From: Anolis carolinensis
Lineage: Eukaryota
Direction: 5' to 3'
Length of the DNA stretch: 64,000 nt
Assembly (NCBI RefSeq): GCF_035594765.1
Contig: NC_085846.1
Location: 93,297,190 to 93,361,189 of the forward strand
The notes below the pieces were generated by a model, which worked only from the letters and a program-made list of their open reading frames with translations, had not been told where the DNA came from and ran no database searches. This document shows positions 37,274 through 48,747 of this stretch, piece by piece (position 1 is the first letter of the stretch; each line of letters opens with the position of its first letter). The translations under genes and the position numbers were made by a program.

Positions 37274-39257
37274 CATCAGTCAAGAGTCTTACCTTCTCAA
37301 AAAGTGCAATGAGACTAGAAAGAACTGCAACTGTGAACATTATGATGAACTCTATGAACCGCATGAGCTCTTCTGTGTGTGAACAATATTCTACACTTTC
37401 AGCTTGCCTGGTGCCATTCGGCTGGACATAGCCATTGATGTTGCCTGATGCTTAATGTATTACATGTAGTACCCTCCCCTCCAATAGTTTGTGTCAAATG
37501 TTTTGAAATAAGTCCTACAGAAAGTTTAAATGATTCAAAAGCAGACTCAGATTGGATTGATACAGAAAATGTTTTTCCCGTTCTAGAGCTTTAATGCACA
37601 CATGTAGCTCTTACAACCAGATGTCATCCTGTGTTGCAAGGAAAAGAACGTATTCACATATGAAAAGAACTCTGCATGTGGATAAGCTTCATGAGCTGTA
37701 ATAAATGAAGCAACACTCTGTATAGGCCTCAGAGCTCTTGGTAGATCCATAAGCAAGACATGGTTTGAGGCATTTCCTTTTTAATTCTCTGGCAATGAAG
37801 ATTTTCAATATGAAGAATTTTTGCAAAATCCCCTTCAAAAGTGATCATATGGCATATCAAATCCTATGATATTTTTGTTACTACTGATGCCATTTTTGAA
37901 ACAAGAACATACAAGTAACATCCAGATGTTACTTTTGTACATATGTGTTGTGTTTCTCAGGTGGGACATGGGATATTCATGCCTTCAGGGATTTAGAGGG
38001 CATATCTTGATCTTTGCAAATAGCAGTGTTTGTTGAGACTGTCAATGTGCTTTCCAGAGGTGTTTTCAGAAGCCTTTTTCTTCTGAATGCTAGATTCCCT
38101 GAGAACCTTTCCTATGCAGGCCTCGTTAAAAGCAATGGGAATTGCAGAAGAGTAGTTGTGTCAATATAATTCAGACAAGGATAGGTGGGTAGCCACGTTA
38201 CTTCGTTTATATAGCTGTCCTATTCATGTGTATAATTATGTCATTCCCGTCCTATCCCCGTGCTTTATGTCTGAACAGCAGGCGACACATCTGGCTACTT
38301 ATTCCTATCTAGTTTGGTTCTCAGTTTGAGCTGCTAGCAAAAACACCAACCTAATGCAGCATAAGTAACATCCAGAATGTGAGGTTTTCACTCCTATTGA
38401 TTTAAAATAATACTGAATACTGTGCTACTAATACACATAACCATTATTTGAAGTGGTGTTAAGTTTAACTGAACTTTTCTGGCATTTGTTTTCTTAAATT
38501 GTGTTGTCATTGAGGCATTTAGAATTGCATGATTTTGTACCATTTTAAACTTAACCAGTAGGGGAAGGCTGTTGTAATCAGTGGGTTTTTTAAATTATGT
38601 TCTGCATAACTGCATTACTTAACAGATATTCGTTCATATTGCATACGTGCTTATGTTTTAAATGCACACTTGCTGAAGATATTTAGCATGTAAAAAGCTG
38701 AGATGATTTCAAACCAGCTTCATATTGAAGCTGATTTAACTCTACGCAAGTTCAGTGGCAGACCTTGTTATGCAAACTATATCTCAGTATGCAAAATTAC
38801 TGCCAGACACTTAGTAAAGATCTGTTTTAAAAGGTTCCTCCTCTCTTGATTCTATGTGTGTGTTTTGAGCAACCAAAAAGACACTCGGTAGAGACAAAGT
38901 AATGTTAAGCATAGAATCGTAGAATAATAGAGTTGGAAGAGACCACTTCGGCCATCTAGTTCAAACCCCTGCCATGCAGGAAAAATGCACAAAGTATCCG
39001 GGACAGATGACCATCCAGCCTCTGCTTAAAAGTCTCCAAAGAATTAATGTGTCTGGTCCATATTATGGTGAGTCATTGACTATATTTGTACACTAATTTT
39101 GAGCTTCATTACATGATTACGCTGGTGTGTAAGTGAAGTGCCTCCCTTTCAAGAAACTGCAGGTTGAGTATTCCTTACTCAATTTTGAATTATTTCAGAT
39201 TTCAGCCTCTCTGTATTTGCAAATGAGAAATCTTGGGAAATGGGATGCAAGGTGTAT

Positions 39258-39465
39258 NNNNNNNNNNNNNNNNNNNNNNNNNNNNNNNNNNNNNNNNNNN
39301 NNNNNNNNNNNNNNNNNNNNNNNNNNNNNNNNNNNNNNNNNNNNNNNNNNNNNNNNNNNNNNNNNNNNNNNNNNNNNNNNNNNNNNNNNNNNNNNNNNNN
39401 NNNNNNNNNNNNNNNNNNNNNNNNNNNNNNNNNNNNNNNNNNNNNNNNNNNNNNNNNNNNNNNNN
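39258..39465. other. Assembly gap (208 N) inside a Tigger-like MITE
   Basis: Run of N. Confidence 0.99.
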
Positions 39466-39577
39466 ACACAATATTTTAAAAAATTGTGTGCATACAATTC
39501 AAGTTGGTGTGCATTGAATCATTGGGGGGGAAAGAGGTAACTGTCTCAGCCACCCTTGAGGACTATTTAGGGATAGT

Positions 39578-40082
39578 TGGGTAGCTGTGTGTTTTCCGGG
39601 ATATATGGCCATGTTCCAGAAGCATTCTCTCCCTGCATTTCTCCCACATCTATGGCAGGCATCCTCTGAGGTTGTGAGGTCTGTTGCTTGCAGCTTCAAT
39701 GCCTGGCTGCTTCCTGCTTGGGGGAATCCTTTGTTGGGAGGTGTAAGCTTGCCCTGATTGATTCCTGTCTAGAATTCCTCAGTTTTCCGAGTGTTATTCT
39801 TTATTTACTGTCCTGAGTTTTTTAAAATACTGATAGCCAGATTTTGTTCATTTTCATGGTTTCCTCCTTTTGGTCGAAAGTGTCCACGTGCTTGTGGATT
39901 TCGATGGTTTCTCTGTGTAGCCTGACTTGATGGTTGTTAGAGTGGTCTAGTATTTCCGTGTTCTCCAATAATACGCTGTGTCCAGGTTGGTTCCTCAAAG
40001 GCTGTGCTATGGCCGACTTCTCTGGTTGATTTGGTTTGCAGTGCCGTTCACGTTCCTTGATCCGTGTTTGGCCGCTGCGTTT
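39578..40082 (-). mobile_element. Penelope-like element with GIY-YIG endonuclease remnant
   Basis: Minus strand reads RIKERERHC...QPEKSAIA...NQPGHS...VRLHRETIEIHKH, followed by the pLTR. Confidence 0.85.
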
Positions 40083-40196
40083 TAGGGATATTTTATTATT
40101 AAGAGCGAGAGATGCTCAACTGATAATCCCAGGGATATATGAGGATGTGGATGATGCCACTCTCTGTTGAGGTAGAATTCGTGTATTTATTGATAG

Positions 40197-40393
40197 TAGG
40201 CCTGGGCAAACTTGGGCACTCCGTCCAGGCCTTTTGGACTTCAGCTCCCACCATTCCCAACAGCCTACCTCAGGCCCCTTCCTTTTCCCCCTCAGCCGCT
40301 TAAGCGGCTGAGGGGGAAAAGGAAGGGGCCTGAGGTAGGCTGTTGGGAATGGTGGGAGCTGAAGTCCAAAAGGCCTGGACGGAGTGCCCAAGT
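40197..40393. mobile_element. Palindromic hAT MITE, right TIR truncated; perfect 184-bp palindrome at 40210-40393
   Basis: The arms are exact reverse complements about 40301/40302; the ORF track gives identical peptides on both strands. Confidence 0.9.
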
Positions 40394-40431
40394 GCATTCT
40401 ATTCTTGGCCACGAGGAGGCCGGAGTTCTCT

Positions 40432-40445
40432 GTTGCCACGGTAAC
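40432..40445. promoter_or_regulatory. RFX X-box upstream of the calaxin ATG
   Basis: GTTGCCACGGTAAC fits GTNRCC-N(0-3)-RGYAAC, 22 bp before the ATG of a motile-cilia gene. Confidence 0.75.
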
Positions 40446-40467
40446 CTTGGGCCTCACAGAGCTCAAG

Positions 40468-43400
40468 ATGAACAGGAAGAAGCTGCAGGAGCTGGCAGAG
40501 TCCCTTTGCAAGACCGCCAAGCACTGTGAGTGAGTGAACGCGAGGCAGGCCCACTTCCAGCCTCTCGGTATCTTTCATCCAGAAAGGATTCCTATCTTTG
40601 CGGCTCTTTCCTTCCTAGGTTTCTCTCCTAACCTCCTCCCTCTCTTTCCCAGTCACATGACAAGAGGGCCACTTCACCTGGCCACAGCCAATTTGCTTTA
40701 TTCCTTTCTTCCCTGTTTTTAATCATCGTCATCCCTTGTTTCGTAGTCAATAAATTTGAAGTGGAATGCCTCATCAAGCTCTTCCACACCTTGGAAGTGG
40801 AGCCCAGCGACCGATATGCTGGCATTGGCTTGGATCGCAACTCATTTCGAAACGTTCTCCATGTCACGTTCGGAATGACAGACGATATGATGATGGACAG
40901 AGGTGAGACTGAATACCTTTCTTGTAAACCTGTCTGTATTTAAAATATGTTACAAGTAATCGTGGAATATAATAATTATAATTTTATTATTGTACCCCGC
41001 CTCCATCTCCCCAAAGGGACTCGGGGCAGCTTACATAAGAAAACAACCCATCCACAACATAAATTAGCATATAATCTATACATTTAAAACACAATATAAT
41101 GACATAATTATAAAACAACATAACATGACAATTATTAAAACCAAGAAATCAATTGCTATGTACAGAGGGTGATTAGTGCAAAAATTCTGAATAAGATCCA
41201 TTACTACGGTAAATAGGGATGGGCGCGGAAGGCCAAGAAACCAATCACGTTAAAACACTAAAACCTATGTAACGGGGGCAATAATAAAGTGCTGCATGAG
41301 TTTGTAAACAAGATACATGGCTGGTGGCCTCTTCATTCAAATGCGCACCGGAACATCCATGTTTTTAGATGGAACCCCTGGTGGCACAGCGGATTGAACC
41401 GCTGAGCTGCTGAACTTGCTGACTGAAAGGTTGGCGGTTTGAATCCAGGGAGTGGAGTGAGCTCCCGCTATTAGCCTCAGCTTCTGCCAACCTAGCAGTT
41501 CGAAAACATGCAAAATGTGAGTATATCAATAGGTATCGCTTCTGCAGGAAGGTAACAACACTCCATGCAGTCATGCTGGCCATATGACCTAGGAGGTGTT
41601 TACAGACAAACATGCAAATGTGGGTAGATCAATACGTATGACCTTGGAGGGGTCAATGGACAACACCGGCTCTTCGACTTATAAAAGAAGATGAGCACCA
41701 ACCCAAGAGTCGGACATGACTAGACTTAATGCCAGAGGAAAATCTTTACTTTTACCTTACAAATAATCATAGATAATACTTTTGAAAATGTTTCTATTAC
41801 ATGTCTTTTAGGTAGAGTGATTAATGAAATCAGTTGGTCACTTACCGGTAATACTTTACAGTTGTGTGCCTCCTAGTCATATCTGACTTATGGAAACACT
41901 ATGACAAACCTATCAGAATTTTGGGGGGTGAATGCCATCTCCCATCAAGTCTGGGGGCAGGATCAGGTCAGCAAAGATTACACTGACCAACATGCATTTT
42001 GCTGCCTTAAATATTAGACCAGCATCCTGTGCATATTTGATCTGCTGATTCCAAAAATGACACCATTTTCCCCTACCAGCTCTGAGTTTTGAGATACAGT
42101 GTAGGAGACGTAGTTTTAAAAGGGAATTTTCATAGATGCAATAGACTGCAAGTCCCATATCGCCCGTTCATAAAAAGCCTTTGTCTGCAGAATCACTGAT
42201 GCTGGGAGAAAGAGTTGACACTGAGGTGGTTACTCTCAAAGATGAATCTAATCAGAGCAGAACTGAGTGGAGAGCACCCCCTGAATTTCCCAGCTGCTTT
42301 AAGTTTCTGCGTGAAACAGGGAAAGATATAAGACAAAATGAAAGACTATAATTGAGACCACGTGTTTGCTTTCTGCTTGTTAGAGTATAGAAATTTTGTA
42401 TTGGTCAGTATGCTTGTGACTTAGTCAACTTTAGACCAATGAGATAATTGATTATGATGCTCCTATGAGAATATGTTTGTGATTTTCTGTGAAGTGATAA
42501 AAACCCTTGCAACCATTTTGAGGGTACAGCAGATTCTTTTTATGCTCAAGAAACTTACCGTCATTTGCTTTGGTCAGCAAATAAAGCTTTCTTCAGAGAG
42601 ATTCAACTGATTGGTATGTCCTTCTGTGCCGCCTTTCTAAGCCAGAAGGGGACTTTTGAGAATATGAAACATGCATGCCCCTTCAATAGAACATATGCCA
42701 TATACTGGTCTCCATCTGCTTGCCTATAAAAATCATGATAACCATATCTAAGAAACTAGAGCTGATGCAGTCTATCCAATGCAATTTTCTGAATTGGTGC
42801 CCCAAATAACCCCCGGCCTAAAAACCTAAAAACCAAGAATGTTTGTTGTTGTTGGGCTGTGTTGTTAAATATACTTTAAATAATACAGTCCAACAAAAAC
42901 AACAAACCTTCTTGTAGTCTTGGTTTGTAGGCCTGTTCTGATTCAATGCACACCAACTTGGTTTCATGCATGTAATTATTTAAAATACTGTGTATAACAT
43001 TACACATAGTTATGTGTATATATATGTATATATAAAGGAATTTTTGTTTCATGCACAGTTTATATACATAGCCTAAGGATAGATTTAGACTTGCGTCCCA
43101 TCTCCCAAGATATCTCATATGCAATTACAGGAAGTCCGAAATCTGAAATAATTCAAAATCGGATAAAGGATACTCAACTAAGTAGCTGATAGTGAATTCA
43201 GGCCATTGTTAGTTGATACGTTCACACTTAGAAGTAAGTTCTGAGAATTCAGTGGATCTTATTCAACAGTATTCACACAAAATTGTATTAACATATAATG
43301 GGGAAGTCGTGTACCCCATCTCTCATTGAACTAATCTCTGCCAAATAGGGCAACGTACAGCGTGACAAGCATGTTTTCATTGCTGTGATGAGGCGAGCAA

Positions 43401-46400
43401 GATGACTAACTGCTAAAATGTAAAGCACAACGCAACTGTTTAAAATGTCACCAGAAGCTGTGTTTATAGAACCTCATAAACATGTTTTCAAAACTCCCAC
43501 TTGGTGACAAAGAATTATTTCCAAATCTGGCTGAGATCCAAAGTTGCTACTTTAGGTTCTCGGGGGCTTGAAAAGGCTTACTGGGATTTGGTTTCATTTT
43601 GAACATATGATCTAGCTTGCATGCCATATTGGAAAACTATTTTTGAAAGTCTCATAGTTTAAAAGGAATTGTGCCACAAAATTGAGACAAACTACCTTTA
43701 AGTGCTAAGTTGTTCCCCTTTTCTCTCAAAATAACTTAAAAATAATATTGCTGTAAGGAATTAAACTAGCTTATCTTCATGACTGAATAATCATAATAAG
43801 TACATCAAAATTAGTAAACTGTTCCCGGGAAGGGGGGCGGAAAGCAAGAAGGGAAATAATGTAAAATGTGTTACCAATGTTTTGAATGCTTGTATGATTT
43901 TGTGTAGCACTATATACAATAATTTTGTGTAGCACTATATACAGTGAAAGATTTTGCTGGTTGATAGTATTCAGTATTCGATGGTGCAATGAATAAAGAT
44001 GTTTGTCATTATTAATTTCAGGAGATGCTCTTAAGACTAGAGGGTGGTTGAAGAGCACTGGAGTTGATAGAAATAAGAAACCAAAACTGAACGTTGCTTC
44101 TCAATTCGGAGTGAGGAGGCAGAAAAATGCTTTGCATATGCTCAGAGGCATTCAAAATAAATATATCCAGTTTAAGAATTCTCCTGTTTGATTCAATCAT
44201 TATTGCTCTAAAGTGGAACAGTAACCTTTAATTAGATGGAACACATTATTCTTTATTTAACTTTTCTAATCCAGACCTACAACTCAGCGTTTTAAATGTC
44301 AATAAAAACATATATGTAAGCATAGATTGAAAAAAAAGGTAAATATCAATTGCAAAAGATTAGATTCCAGGTGCCTTCCGAGGTATGGTGGAGCAATTCA
44401 GCAAGAAGTGGTGGGCAAAGAATTGGGGCAGTTTTTGCACTCCTCCTCAGTGAAAACACGTGGACCACCAGAATTGGGGCAGTTTTTGCACTCCTCTTCA
44501 GTGAAAACACATGGACCACCAATGGGCACCAATAGCTGTGAGGAATGCCCCAATTCTGGCTTGTCACCACTTCAATTTCTTCGTCTATCCCCTGGAAAGG
44601 TAACTGGTTTCTCATTTTTTGCCTGCCTTTTGGGGAGTCACTTTGCCAACAGCTGATAGGAGGAATTCAGCCAAAACTGTCTCTCCAAGTAATGGATAAA
44701 GAAAGAAAACAAAATGTCTTTTTTCTGGACATGGCTAATAATATCCCCATTAATCTCAACTAGTTTTACTTCTGATTAGCTATGTGTAGAATTTTCTTGC
44801 AGATGATCTGTTGATTTGGCACGAATATTAATAATGAAATGCACTTTCTTCACCATTTAGTGTTCCGTGCTTTTGACAAAGACAATGACAGCTGTATCAG
44901 CGTAACAGAATGGGTAGAAGGCCTATCGATATTTCTTCGAGGAACATTAGAAGAAAAGATAAAATGTAAGATTTATGTAATCGTAGCAGATTTCCATGGT
45001 TGTCATAAATTATGTCAATTTATAGGACAAATCAAAGTATTTTAAAAGTATACAAATCATTTCATTAAGAAATAAATTGTTGAGAAATTATCTTGGCAGT
45101 AGAAGGTTTACAGCAAACATAAAATAAATGTAAATGTCTAAATAAATAAAAAGTCAGGTTGTTACTATGGAAGTAAAAAAGTCCAGCTTTAGGGCAAAAT
45201 GCAGCTAACCTGATTAATATATAGCATATAAAACTATAACAGTGTAAGATAAAACACAAGGAAATCCTTAAAAATGGAATTTACTAGAAAAGATTTTTGC
45301 ATTTTTTTCTTTAAATATAATAATGTCTAACTTTTCTTCAGATTACTCAATAACTGTTTTATAGTAACTCAGCTATCTTCTCTAAAGACTGCTTTGAGGT
45401 CTATGATATGAATAGTGATGGATATATATCACGAGATGAAATGTTTCTTATGTTGAAGAACGGCCTGGTCCAACAGCCATCGGACGAAGATCCTAATGAA
45501 GGAATTAAAGATTTAATAGAAATAACATTGAAAAAAATGGTATGTACCATAATTGAAAGACATTTCTTTTCAGATAAGAGTTGAATCCAGACGTCCCGCA
45601 GGGGTCAGTACTGTCTCCCATGTTGTTCAACATATACATGAAGCCGCTGGGAGAGATCATCCGGAGTTTCGGGGTGCGGTGTCATCTGTACGCAGATGAT
45701 GTCCAGCTCTGTCACTCCTTCCCACCTGTCACTAAGGAGGCTGTTCAGGTCCTGAACCGGTGTCTGGCCGCTGTGTCGGACTGGATGAGGGCTAACAAAT
45801 TGAAATTGAATCCAGACAAGACAGAGGTCCTCCTGGTCAGTCGTAAGGCTGAACAGGGAATAGGGTTACAGCCTGTGTTGGACGGGGTCGCACTCCCCCT
45901 GAAGACACAGGTTCGCAGTCTGGGGGTCCTCCTGGACTCATCGCTGAGCCTGGAGCCCCAGGTCTCGGCGGTGGCCAGGGGAGCCTTTGCACAACTCAGA
46001 CTTGTGTGCCAGCTGCGCCCGTTCCTTGGGAGGTCTGACTTGGCCACGGTGGTCCACGCTCTGGTTACAGCTCGTTTGGACTACTGCAACGCGCTCTACG
46101 TGGGGCTGCCTTTGAAGACGGCCCGGAAGCTTCAATTAGTACAACGGGCGGCAGCCAGGCTTATAACTGGAGCGGCGTACAGGGAGCACACCACTCCTCT
46201 GTTGCATCAGCTCCACTGGCTGCCAATATGCTACCGAGCCCAATTCAAAGTGCTGGTTTTGGCCTACAAAGCCCTAAACGGTTCCGGTCCAACTTACCTA
46301 TCTGAACGTATCTCCTCCTATGAGCCCATGAGAACTTTAAGATTGTCTGGGAAGGCCCTGCTCTCGGTCCCACCTGCCTCACAAGTGCGGCTGGTGGGAA

Positions 46401-48380
46401 TGAGGGACAGGGCCTTCTCGGTGGTGGCTCCTCGGCTGTGGAACTCCCTCCCCAGTGACATCCGGCAGGCTCCATCCCTTCTGAGTTTCAGAAAAAAGGT
46501 GAAGACCCGGCTTTGCGAACAAGCGTTTAATGAATGAATTATTATGGCTTTAACTCGGTCCGGACTAAGGTTTACGTGCAAGGTTTATGTGGACGAATGG
46601 ATTAAGTATTTTATTATACTGTTTTAAATGTATTTATTGGATTGTTTTAAATTGATTGTTTTAATTGCTATGTTTATTTTTGTACTGTATACCGGCATCG
46701 AATTTGCCAGATTGTGAGCCGCCCCGAGTCCCTTCGGGTGAGAAGGGCGGCATATAAATGATGGAAATAAATAAAAATAAATAAATCAATATACCTACCA
46801 AGCTCCCATTGATACAACAGTCTAGCGTACGGCAACGGAACCATGGCAGTTTAAGTAAGATCAAAGTGCTACAATTCTGTAGTGTGGAAGGCCTACATCT
46901 TTAGAAACTGGAATATTGGTAACAGCAAATCAAAGTAGTTGTAACAACAATATCAAAATATTTTAAAAGAATCAGTAAAGCATAGTACTTTACAAGACAT
47001 AAATGCAGTTCTGTTATTATGGTCCATTGGATCAGTGAGGCTTGCTTCCACTTAAGTGTATGCAGGATCGAGCCTAAATGCAGCTATACTTTCACCTCTT
47101 TTGTAGGACTATGACCATGATGGCAAACTTTCTTATGCAGATTTTGAAAATGCCGTAAAAGATGAGAACCTCCTTCTAGAAGCATTTGGACCATGTTTAC
47201 CTGATATGAAGGTATTTGTATAACTTATAACTGCATGGAAAATTGCTGAACATAATAACTTATAGCATTTTCAAATAGAACAGTAAGTATATATATTTTA
47301 GAATGAACAGCCTAGCAGAGTGTAAAATGTGGTATGTATCCATGCACTTTAGAGATAGGTACAGCTGGTGGGAACAAGAGAGAGGGCCTTCTTGACGGAA
47401 TTCCCTCCCCAAGGACATCAGAATGGCTCCCTCACTGCTATACTTCAGAAAGCAAATAAAAACTTTTATTTGGAAGGAACCTTTTGGGGAAGACCATGAA
47501 TAACTGTGTTAAATGGCAATGGACTTTGACTATGGCAACAAGATAGTGCAGGTTTTTAATATAGCTGGTTTTAATACTGTTATTATCTACTTTTGTTTCA
47601 TATGAGTTGTTAGAAATGTTTTGTGTTACATGTAATTTGACTTTGTATTGTCCTAAGTTTGAATGGCACTGAATTGTTGCCAACCGTTAGCTGCTCTGAG
47701 TCCCTCAATGGGTATAAAACAAAGTAAATTAAAATAAAATAGATTTCCCTTTAAAGTTCATGATAGCAGCCACAATCTTGTGCCAATGAATCTCTGAAGC
47801 AAGTGAAAATTGGAAGTGTAAGCTTAAGCAAGCAACTACAACCAGTATCAGTTGCCTGTTTATATTTCCTTCTGTTCAGAGTTATCATTCCCAAATTGCC
47901 GCAGAGCTCAGTAGTGGGCTATTAGGAGGCCTGAAATAGTACTGGAAAACTTAATATCTCACTGGGTGTGCTCTAACTCTTAGGTATAATTCTTTGAATA
48001 TGAGCCATATTACAGGCTTCTTATAGGCTACTTGAAATGAAGATTCCTTCTTGAGCAGCAGGAGGAGCAATCCATTCATCAGAAGAAATTGGAAGTCCAT
48101 TTCTAGTTTTGAAAAAGTAAAGTGTTTCTGATGTTACACTGGGAAGAGGGCCATGTAACCTATTGTAAAAGGTGAATTGCCAGTCTTGGTGATTTTCAGG
48201 AAAGACAATTGTCCAGAACAGAGGTGGTCTGGGCATCCTGGAGGAATTGCAAAAACAGTACCACTGCTATTCTGTAACATTCACATTCCATTCTAACACT
48301 TTGCTTTTCAGTGTAGGTTGGCATTTGAAGCGCAAGCATTCCGAAATACAGCTGAGTGCTCTGCAAGCAAAAGATACTAA
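40468..48380 (+). CDS. CLXN: Calaxin (EFCAB1/CLXN)-type EF-hand outer-dynein-arm docking protein, 214 aa: join(40468..40525,40747..40902,44861..44965,45388..45539,47107..47211,48312..48380)
   Basis: [32 protein letters not shown]...[80 protein letters not shown]...[14 protein letters not shown]...[11 protein letters not shown]. Three recognisable EF loops; GT-AG introns; AATAAA at 48420. Orthologue versus paralogue not resolved. Confidence 0.92.
41371..41760 (+). mobile_element. Sauria SINE with internal duplication
   Basis: Full head/core/tail; the aaacatgcaaatgtg..tagatcaata segment occurs twice. Confidence 0.9.
42100..42685 (+). mobile_element. Solo LTR (586 bp) nested in an older repeat (~41975-42860)
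   Basis: TG...CA termini (TGTAGG/CCTTCA); 4-bp TSD acag/atag; CCAAT 42436, GATAAAAA 42496, AATAAA 42580. An uninterrupted copy of the host repeat near 22945 reads gaaatacagaacatatgc. Confidence 0.8.
44419..44520. repeat. 51-bp tandem duplication (2 copies)
   Basis: agaattggggcagtttttgcactcctc(c/t)tcagtgaaaacac(g/a)tggaccacc x2. Confidence 0.9.
45592..46790 (+). mobile_element. Young 5'-truncated L2 LINE; uninterrupted RT C-terminal ORF to 46537
   Basis: [43 protein letters not shown] motifs; 3'UTR stem-loop and (A)nT tail. Confidence 0.95.
47365..47735 (+). mobile_element. Degraded L2 3' end
   Basis: ctggtgggaacaagagagagggccttc...ctctgagtccctc, homologous to the end of the 45592 element. 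Confidence 0.6.
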
Positions 48381-48747
48381 TTGAATTCCTGTGAAAAGGA
48401 CACTGATCATCTTTCTTTAAATAAAAAGAAAGCAAGTCAGAAATTTACTTTTTTTCTTGTGAATTTTCAAAATGCGTTGATTTTGATATACTTCTCACTA
48501 GAGAGAATTGAGAAATTAATGGGAAATATTTTATATCTTGTGCTGAGAATGAATCCAAGGATTTCAAAAATAATGAGATTACGTATAATTTTAGTAATCA
48601 TATGACAGTGAAACTGATAATTTATTTTAAAACATGTATAAATATATACTGGTATTTTCAGATCAAGATGTATTACACTGTTTTATAAAATAGCAAGAAC
48701 TTTCATATCTCCCAAGTTAAATGCACAAAACATGCGACAAGTTGTTT

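Noticed and set aside
39133-39540. ORFs containing runs of X
   Set aside because: Artefacts of the 208-N gap.
44419-44559. CRISPR-like repeat array
   Set aside because: Eukaryotic DNA; only two adjacent copies with no spacers.
45581-46537. 318-aa ORF as a host gene or calaxin-RT fusion
   Set aside because: It is a 5'-truncated L2 RT. Exon 4 read-through is in another frame and stops at 45582-45584.
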